Source: an uncultured Gemmatimonadales bacterium
Lineage (GTDB): Bacteria; Gemmatimonadota; Gemmatimonadetes; Longimicrobiales; RSA9
DNA: 64,000 nt
Assembly (NCBI GenBank): GCA_963798845.1
Contig: CAWCUS010000006.1
Location: forward strand, 160,001-224,000
Direction of reading: 5' to 3'
The position numbers and the translations under genes were made by a program. Shown piece by piece: positions 1 through 6,904 of this stretch (position 1 is its first letter; each line of letters begins with the position of its first letter). A model generated the notes under the pieces. It did not search any database, was not told the origin of the DNA, and was given only the letters and a program-made list of their open reading frames with translations.

Positions 1-363
1 CACCCGCACCGACGTCCACACTTCCGGTGCCCGCCCCCGCGCCACCAGAGCACTGTCCGGCAGCGCACGGATCGTCTCGCCCTGGAAGTGTACCTGGGAC
101 ACCTGGCCGGCCGCGATCCGGGCCTTCAGTTCGCTGTACGGGATCTGCGCGCTCTCCTTGCCGCTCAACAGCAGGTTCAGACCGAGGAGCAGAACGAGCG
201 CCAGCAGGAAGTACAGGATGGAGAAGCGCGTCCGCCGGTTCCGCATCGGGTTGTGACGACGATCGTCCCGCCCGTTCCTGCGTTCCGGGCCTCGCTGCCG
301 GCCGCGGTCCCGCTCGCGCCGATCGTCCGGCCCCGTCCTCCGTTCCTGCCCGAATGGTGTCAT
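1..363 (-). CDS. ftsH: ATP-dependent zinc metalloprotease FtsH, N-terminal part (runs off window start)
   Basis: Manual translation from ATG at 363: Arg/Asp-rich tail, TM helix FSILYFLLALVLLLGLNLLL, then FtsH periplasmic motif QIPYSELKARIAAGQVSQV; open to position 1. Alternative start ATG 246. Not in ORF track; the AAA+ domain lies outside the window. Confidence 0.8.
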   Translation of the reverse strand, partial: MTPFGQERRTGPDDRRERDRGRQRGPERRNGRDDRRHNPMRNRRTRFSILYFLLALVLLLGLNLLLSGKESAQIPYSELKARIAAGQVSQVHFQGETIRALPDSALVARGRAPEVWTSVRV

Positions 364-545
364 GGGACGGGACTGGGGGGGCAATGTTCGTACCGGTGGA
401 TGCGCGGCCCGCTTCCCCGGCGTTCCTTTCGCGTTGAAGCCGCGCCTCGCGCTCCACGCAGGCCGGGGGGGCGCGCCCCGCGCCGGAGCCGGCGCGTCCT
501 GCGCCGCGGTGCCGCGCGAGCCGCAGCATCAGCGTCGACCGCGTG

Positions 546-2078
546 CTACCGGCTGTGCATCTCCTCCGCGAGCCGCCGCGCGAAAGCCATGATCGTCAAC
601 GACGGGTCGACACTGATGCTGCCCGGCAACGCCGCTCCGTCCGCCACGTGCAGATTCTCCACCCGGTGTGCCTCACCCGAGGGCGATGCGAACGAGTCCT
701 CGGCATCGCTGCCCATCGGCGCGGTGCCCATCAGGTGGGTGCCCAGGCAGACCTGGCTGTTCGGCTCCACGCTGCGCAGGGTGATGAGCGATTCGACCTC
801 CCGCTCGTTCCGCACGCGCGTCCCCCAGACGTCCGGGATCCACACCTCCCGGGCGCCGGCGGCGAGAAAGATGCGGCTGGCGTTCCTGAGGTAGTCCACG
901 GCCTTCAGGGCGTCCTCGCCGCGGACCCGATAGCTGGTGCGGCGGTAGCCGTCGTCGTCGAGGAAGACGCGGCCTGGATTCACCTCGTCGATGACGGACA
1001 GCACGGAGCCGAGCTGGTGCCAGCGCCCCATCCGGTCGGTGTGGCGAGGGCCGACCTGCCCCAGGAGCGCGGCGGTGCTGCCGGGCTGCTGGTGATTGCA
1101 CAGCATGATGTAGCCGCCGCCGGCGTAGCGGCCATCGGAGCGGCGGCGGACGCCGCGCCATTCGTGCACGACGTACGCGCATGGAATGCCCGTGTGATTG
1201 TCGATGTCGCGCCCGAAGTCGGCCCAGACGTTGAAGCTGGGATTGATGTAGAGGCGGCGGCCGACGGTGTGGTCGTCGAGGCTGCGAAGGAGTAGCTCCG
1301 CGGTGCCCAGGGATCCGCCGGCCACGACCACGTGGTCGGCGTCGACGCGGAAGCGGCCCACGGCCGGCCGCTCGCCGTTGCCACGGGCCAGGAACGAGCC
1401 CTCCACGCCGATGGCCCTGCCATTCTCGACGATCACGCGCTCGGCGCGCGCGTCGCTGTAGATTCGGCCACCCGCTCTGGAGACGCGCGGGATGGTGGTG
1501 ATCAGCTGGGAGCTCTTGCGGTTGTACGCACAGCCCAGCTGGGTCCAGCCGCAGCCGATGCAGTCGACTCGGGCAGTGGGGACCGTGAAGCCTTCCCACC
1601 CCAGCGTCTCGCACCCCGTCCGGACCAGCCTGTTGTTCTCGTTGAACAGCCCGTCCTCGGCCGGGTGGATCCCCAGCTCCCGCTCCACCGCCTCGAAATG
1701 CGGCCTCAGGGCACCGGGCGTGGCCCACTCGAGCCCGTGCTCGGTTCGCCACCGCTCCAGCCGGTCGTCGGGTGTGCGGATCGAGTCGCCCCAGTAGTGC
1801 ACCGTCGTCCCGCCGACGGTCTCCGCGTAGCTGAACAGGACGGCGTTGTCCACCGTGCTGTCGGCGCCGCCGCGGCCGTTGAACTCGGCCATGGCACCGC
1901 GCTCGTCCTGCGTGAAGCTCTCCGCCGTGTGGAAGCCTCCACGCTCGACCATGACGACGTCCCAGCCGCGCTCCGCCAGGTACGCCGCCAGCGTCCCGCC
2001 TCCCGCCCCCGTGCCCACCACGACGACGTCGGCCCGCTCGCCCGTCATCCCGGTCCGTTTCCAGCCCTCGAGGATCAC
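546..2078 (-). CDS. GMC-family FAD oxidoreductase
   Basis: DVVVVGTGAGG FAD motif, VGGTTVHY, CIGCGWTQLGC, C-terminal HLMGTAPMG and VDPSLTIMAFA; GTG 2078 overlaps the upstream TGA, with SD GGAGG. Confidence 0.9.
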   Translation of the reverse strand: MILEGWKRTGMTGERADVVVVGTGAGGGTLAAYLAERGWDVVMVERGGFHTAESFTQDERGAMAEFNGRGGADSTVDNAVLFSYAETVGGTTVHYWGDSIRTPDDRLERWRTEHGLEWATPGALRPHFEAVERELGIHPAEDGLFNENNRLVRTGCETLGWEGFTVPTARVDCIGCGWTQLGCAYNRKSSQLITTIPRVSRAGGRIYSDARAERVIVENGRAIGVEGSFLARGNGERPAVGRFRVDADHVVVAGGSLGTAELLLRSLDDHTVGRRLYINPSFNVWADFGRDIDNHTGIPCAYVVHEWRGVRRRSDGRYAGGGYIMLCNHQQPGSTAALLGQVGPRHTDRMGRWHQLGSVLSVIDEVNPGRVFLDDDGYRRTSYRVRGEDALKAVDYLRNASRIFLAAGAREVWIPDVWGTRVRNEREVESLITLRSVEPNSQVCLGTHLMGTAPMGSDAEDSFASPSGEAHRVENLHVADGAALPGSISVDPSLTIMAFARRLAEEMHSR

Positions 2079-2713
2079 GTTACCTCCCCGAAGTCCACCG
2101 GGTACGCGGGATAATGGTAGCGCTCCGTCCACGGACCTTCGAAGCCGGTGACGGGCCGCGTCTCCGGCCTCGCCCAGGCGTAGAAGTGCACCAGCGTGCG
2201 CAGCGCCTGGTACGCCGCTCGCCGCAGGTTGAACCGGCTGCGCCCCCACCCCTGCAGGTAGGCCAGCGCGTCTGCGGAGTCGAGGGCGGTGAACGGCCGG
2301 ACGTGACCGCTCAGGAACGTCAGCCGCTCCACCAGCCGCAGCACCGTCCGGATGTCCGTCACCACCGGCTCGCCCATGGCGGCGAGACCGCGGTCCACGT
2401 CACGGACGACTCTATCCGCTCCTACAGGGACGCCCTCCAGCAGCGCCGCAGCCGCCGCCCGCACCACGGCCAGCTCGCCTTCGGGCAGCACGCCTCCCGG
2501 CTGCGCCAGCTCGTGCGCGGCCGCGGGGAGGCCGGCCGGCAGCAATCGGCCCAGCCAGATCGCCGCGCCACCGCCGGCCACGCCGCGGAGGAAGCCGCGC
2601 CGGTCGAGGGGGAACGGAGGAATGGCCGCGGCCTCCGATGCGCCGTCGGGTCGGGAGGCACCCTGCCTGGCATCGGCCGCCGGGGCGCGGCGGGGAAAGG
2701 CTGTGTCGTGCAT
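2075..2713 (-). CDS. TAT-exported gluconate-2-dehydrogenase subunit-3-like partner of the GMC enzyme
   Basis: Twin-arginine signal LDRRGFLRG, motifs PFTALD..ALAYLQGW and RAAYQALR..GFEGPW; coupled to the GMC gene; start ATG 2713 uncertain. Confidence 0.7.
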   Translation of the reverse strand: MHDTAFPRRAPAADARQGASRPDGASEAAAIPPFPLDRRGFLRGVAGGGAAIWLGRLLPAGLPAAAHELAQPGGVLPEGELAVVRAAAAALLEGVPVGADRVVRDVDRGLAAMGEPVVTDIRTVLRLVERLTFLSGHVRPFTALDSADALAYLQGWGRSRFNLRRAAYQALRTLVHFYAWARPETRPVTGFEGPWTERYHYPAYPVDFGEVT

Positions 2714-2852
2714 CCTGGTCACGGGTTCGGGGTGCCTGCATCCTAACCCGCGGGCCATCGACTCGACCACCCCGACCGCGGCAGTCTGGCGTCGAACCGG
2801 CTTCTTCACCTAGGTTCAACCCTCCGACCACTCCACCCCCGACCCGACCGAC

Positions 2853-4055
2853 TTGCGCGCTATTCGCTTTCACTACCGCCCCGTACGTTATCTGCTGATT
2901 CGGGCGGCCGGCCGACGGCTGCGGGCGGGCGGCGCCGGGCCGCTCGGCTTCGTCCGGCTGGAGGAGGTCGCGCCGGAGCCGCTCCCGGCGAGCGACTGGG
3001 TGCGGGTGGAGCCGCGGCTCTCGGGGATCTGCGGGAGCGACCTCGGCGCCATCGCCGCCCACGATTCATTCACCCTCGAGCCCTACGCGTCGTACCCGTT
3101 CACCCTCGGCCACGAGGTAGTGGGCACGGTGGTGGAGGCGGGCCGAACGGTTTCACGCTGGCGCGAGGGAGACCGGGTGATCCTGAACCCGATGCTGGCG
3201 TGCCGCCAGAAGGGGGTGGAGCCGTGCGCCGCGTGCGCTCGCGGCGACTACGGCGTCTGCCGTCGCGCCACGGACGGAGTCGGCTCGATCACGGGGTTCA
3301 GTCCGCTCACCGGCGGGGGATGGGCCGATTCGCTGGTGGCGCACGAGAGCCAGCTCTGGCCGCAGGAAGAGCTGCCGGACGAGGTGGCGGTCTTCGCCGA
3401 CCCGTTCGCCTCGGCGGCGAAGGGCGTGTTCCTCGAGCCGCCTCTGGAAGACGACGTCGTCCTGGTCATGGGCGCGGGGAACATCGGCCTGCTCACGATC
3501 CACGCCCTGCGCGCCACGGGTTGGAACGGCGTCATAGCCGTGTCCGCCCGCTACGGCTTCCAGGCGGAGCGCGCCCGCCACGCCGGCGCGGATACGGTGC
3601 TGGAGTCCGACGTCGCGCTGTACGATTGGGCCGCGTCGCTGCCGGGCGCCGCCGCGTTCAAGCCCACGCTGGCCCCCCGCTTCGTCGAGGGCGGTCCGTC
3701 GCTGGTGTACGACACGGTGGGCACGGAGCGCACGGTCGCCCAGGCCCTGGCGCTCACGCGGGAAGCCGGTCGCATCGTGCTGACCGGGGCCGCCGCGCGC
3801 TCCCGTATCGATCTGACCCGTCTCTGGCACCGCCAGCTCCGGGTGACCGGTGTGATGGTGTACGGCGCCGTGGAGCTGGAAGGCCGAAAGGTCGACGTGT
3901 TCGACGCCGCGCTCGCGCTGCTCCGCCGGGGAGGCCTCGAGCGGCTGGAGCTTCTCACCCACGTGTTCGAACTGGAGGAGTATCGTGACGCCATATCGGT
4001 CGCGCTCGGGAAGGGCGGTCACAACAGCATCAAAGTCGCCTTCCGCCCCCGTTGA
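2853..4055 (+). CDS. Zn-dependent medium-chain alcohol dehydrogenase (MDR)
   Basis: GICGSD, GHE, four-Cys structural Zn site (C..CAAC..C), GAGNIG Rossmann motif. Confidence 0.9.
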   Translation: MRAIRFHYRPVRYLLIRAAGRRLRAGGAGPLGFVRLEEVAPEPLPASDWVRVEPRLSGICGSDLGAIAAHDSFTLEPYASYPFTLGHEVVGTVVEAGRTVSRWREGDRVILNPMLACRQKGVEPCAACARGDYGVCRRATDGVGSITGFSPLTGGGWADSLVAHESQLWPQEELPDEVAVFADPFASAAKGVFLEPPLEDDVVLVMGAGNIGLLTIHALRATGWNGVIAVSARYGFQAERARHAGADTVLESDVALYDWAASLPGAAAFKPTLAPRFVEGGPSLVYDTVGTERTVAQALALTREAGRIVLTGAAARSRIDLTRLWHRQLRVTGVMVYGAVELEGRKVDVFDAALALLRRGGLERLELLTHVFELEEYRDAISVALGKGGHNSIKVAFRPR

Positions 4056-5325
4056 GGACCTGGGTGCATACACGCGCGACCCCTTCGACGGCTTCTTCGA
4101 GGCGCGCGCGGTCGAGGATCTCATCCAGCCGGGCAGCCTGCTCGACACCGAGGCCGCCCGGCAGTGGTTCGAGCTCTTCCACCGCGGGCTCCCCCAGTCG
4201 CTCTACACGTACCAGCTGCCGCTCGAGCGCGCGGCACGCGCCGAGTCGTCCGTGTTCGGCCGCGAGCTGCTCATGTTCTCCTCCTACAGCTATCTCGGTC
4301 TCATCGGTGACCCACGGGTCGCCGCCGCGGTCCGCAGCGCCGTAGAGCTCTACGGCACGTCCACGGGTGGCGTCCGTCTCCTCACCGGGACGCTGGCCCT
4401 GCACCACGAGCTGGAGCGCGAGCTGGCCGACTTCCTGGGCGTGGAAGCCGCGGCGGTGTTCAGCTCGGGGTACGACGCCAACGTGGCCGCCATCAGCTCC
4501 CTCTTCGGCCCTGGCGACTGGGCGATCCTGGACCGGTACGCGCACCGGAGCATCCAGGACGGCTGCCGCATGGCCGGCTGCGAGGTCAGACCGTTCCGCC
4601 ACAACGACATGGCCGACCTGGAGCGCCGCCTTCGCCAGGCCCGGAGCCGCGGCGTCGAGCGCATCCTGGTCGCGGTGGACGGGGTGTTCAGCATGGACGG
4701 GGACCAGGCGCGACTCGAGCATGTCCTGGAGCTCAAGGACCGCTACGAGGCGTTCCTGCTGGTGGACGAGGCCCACGCGCTCGGCGCCATCGGCCAGATG
4801 GGGCGGGGGACGTGCGAGGCGCGCGGCGTGGACCCGGCCCGTGTGGACATTCTCACCGGCTCGCTCTCCAAGGCCATTCCCTCCTCCGGCGGGTTCGTGG
4901 CCGGGAGCCGCGCCCTGAAGATCTACGTCCAGCACGGATCGGCGCCGTACATCTTCAGCGCCGCGCTCACGCCGGCCAACGCCGCCGCGGCGCTGGAGGG
5001 GATCCGGATCCTGCGCGGCGACGCGGCGCGCATGGAGCGGCTCCGACAGAACGCCCGTCGCCTGCGCGATGGCGTCGCCGAGCGCGGCTTCGACACCGGC
5101 GCCACGGAGTCTCCGGTGGTCCCCCTGATCCTGGGCGACGAGTGGCGCGCCTACGCCTGGGCCCGCGCCATGCTCGACGACGGTGTCCTCGTCTCCGCGG
5201 TGGTATTTCCCGCCGTCGGCCGCGGGATGGCCCGCCTCCGTCTCTGCGCCACTGCCAGCCACGAGCCCGCGCACTTCGACACGCTCTTCGAGTCGATCGA
5301 CCGCCGCATTCGCGCAGAGGCCTGA
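3985..5325 (+). CDS. PLP-dependent alpha-oxoamine synthase (serine palmitoyltransferase/BioF/Kbl family)
   Basis: SYSYLGL, SGYDAN, HRSIQDG, FRHND, DGVFSMDGD, DEAH, GSLSKA (PLP lysine), RLRL; true start uncertain. Confidence 0.9.
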   Translation: MTPYRSRSGRAVTTASKSPSAPVEDLGAYTRDPFDGFFEARAVEDLIQPGSLLDTEAARQWFELFHRGLPQSLYTYQLPLERAARAESSVFGRELLMFSSYSYLGLIGDPRVAAAVRSAVELYGTSTGGVRLLTGTLALHHELERELADFLGVEAAAVFSSGYDANVAAISSLFGPGDWAILDRYAHRSIQDGCRMAGCEVRPFRHNDMADLERRLRQARSRGVERILVAVDGVFSMDGDQARLEHVLELKDRYEAFLLVDEAHALGAIGQMGRGTCEARGVDPARVDILTGSLSKAIPSSGGFVAGSRALKIYVQHGSAPYIFSAALTPANAAAALEGIRILRGDAARMERLRQNARRLRDGVAERGFDTGATESPVVPLILGDEWRAYAWARAMLDDGVLVSAVVFPAVGRGMARLRLCATASHEPAHFDTLFESIDRRIRAEA

Positions 5326-5372
5326 GCGGCCGTTCCAGCTCGCGCCGCCCCCGGCGGCATGGTGACACGGAT

Positions 5373-5414
5373 GCGGAAAGTCCCCGGCGTCCGGTGGCCG
5401 CCGGGGACTTCCGC
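5373..5414. terminator. Hairpin between convergent genes (probable bidirectional terminator)
   Basis: GCGGAAAGTCCCCGGCG...CGCCGGGGACTTCCGC near-perfect inverted repeat between the AOS and susD stops. Confidence 0.6.
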
Positions 5415-5458
5415 GTGATCACCGCCGGGCCAGGGCCCGGCCGGTTCGGCTCGACGGG

Positions 5459-6898
5459 TCAGGGCGTATTGGTGCTGCAGCCCGACGGGTCGTACTGCGG
5501 GTTGTTCCGCTCCTGGTACGGCACCGGGAACGCCACGTCGTCGCCGATGGCGGCGTTGAAGATGGTCGTCCCGATGGGGAACAGGTCATTGGCGGTGAAC
5601 ATCCCCTGGTAGGGGGAGATCGTGAGCAGGCGGCGCAGGTCGCCGAGCCGGTGCCCGGTCAGCCACAGCCAGAACGCGCGCTCCCTGTACAGCATCAGGA
5701 CGCGGTCCCTGGCGTTGCCCGGGTCCGACAGCGCAGGCAGATCCACCCCCGACCGGAGGTCGTTCAGGATCGCCAGCCAGTTCCCGGCCGCGCTGCTCCC
5801 CGCCGTGGCGCCACCGCTCAGGTTGGCCTCCGCGATGATCAGCTGCGCTTCCGTGTACGTCGCCAGCGGCACGCCCGTGCCCCGGCTCGGATACTTGAAC
5901 TGCGCGTACTCCGGAATCGCCGTCCCGCTCCCCACGGCGGCCGAGTCCACCGGCACCCGCGGGTCGATGATGTTGGCCGGGTCCGGCGTCGGGTTGTCCA
6001 CCGTGTTGGTCCCGATTCCGCGATTGAAGAACACGAGGCCGTTCACGCCGTCACCGGAAGCGGCGGACGAGCGCCGCTCGGAGTTGATGTTGTACCAGAT
6101 CCCGTTGTTCTGTGACGAGGCGTTCGGGCTGAACTCCACGTCGTACTCGAACCCCGACGGGATCTGCTGGGCCAGCGCCGCTGCGCCGGCCAGGTCGCCC
6201 TGGTCCTGCCTGACGCGGGCCATGCCCAGCCTCGCCAGGTTCACGAAGTCCGTGGCGCCCGCGGCCGTGCCCAGGTCCATTGCGGTCTGGAACCGAACGG
6301 CAGCCGAATCCAGCATCGCCGCCTTGTCGATGCCCGGCTCGAACACGATGTTCTGGCCGAGCGGCGCGTGGCTGAACGGGATGTGGCTGCACCAGTCCTC
6401 GGCGAAGAACACGAACGTGTACCCCGAGAGCGCCTTCATCTGCGCCCGGTAGGGGTCGTCCGAGTTCGCCGCGGCCAGGAGCTGCTCCGCCTGCTCGGCC
6501 AGGTTCCTGGCCCGGTGGAGGCGGTAGTACACGGTGTACACGTCACCGTTGGTGTCCTGCATGCTCCGGCCGTCGATCTCCTTCATGGTGTCGAACGTGC
6601 TGGAGTACCACAGCTCGTCGGCCAGCAGGCCGCCGATCCCCACCACGCCCGGTGTCTCGTTGTTCGCCGCGGGGCCGGCGATGGCCCGGGCGAACTCGAA
6701 GAGCGCGCCGTTGCGCACTGCCGGTGCGTTCGCAGTGTCCTCCACCGTGGGGAGGGTGATCAGGTCCGGATCCTGGAGGTTGACCAGCTTGTCCGTATTG
6801 CACGCGGCCAGCGCCAGGGTTGTAGCGAGCATCGCGACGCCCGCGAGCCGGAGAGGGCTCCCGAGCGGCGAGTCGCTCGTATTCGTCGTTCTCATCAA
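5459..6898 (-). CDS. RagB/SusD-family nutrient-uptake lipoprotein
   Basis: Lipobox LAAC, TPR-like helices, C-terminal ERAFWLWLTGHRLGDLRR and FPVPYQERNNP; directly downstream of susC. Confidence 0.9.
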   Translation of the reverse strand: MMRTTNTSDSPLGSPLRLAGVAMLATTLALAACNTDKLVNLQDPDLITLPTVEDTANAPAVRNGALFEFARAIAGPAANNETPGVVGIGGLLADELWYSSTFDTMKEIDGRSMQDTNGDVYTVYYRLHRARNLAEQAEQLLAAANSDDPYRAQMKALSGYTFVFFAEDWCSHIPFSHAPLGQNIVFEPGIDKAAMLDSAAVRFQTAMDLGTAAGATDFVNLARLGMARVRQDQGDLAGAAALAQQIPSGFEYDVEFSPNASSQNNGIWYNINSERRSSAASGDGVNGLVFFNRGIGTNTVDNPTPDPANIIDPRVPVDSAAVGSGTAIPEYAQFKYPSRGTGVPLATYTEAQLIIAEANLSGGATAGSSAAGNWLAILNDLRSGVDLPALSDPGNARDRVLMLYRERAFWLWLTGHRLGDLRRLLTISPYQGMFTANDLFPIGTTIFNAAIGDDVAFPVPYQERNNPQYDPSGCSTNTP

Positions 6899-6904
6899 TG
6901 CCTC

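Noticed and set aside
2853..5325. Calling the pair tdh-kbl or bioF
   Set aside because: Motifs and N-termini diverge from Kbl/Tdh and no biotin genes are adjacent; left at family level.
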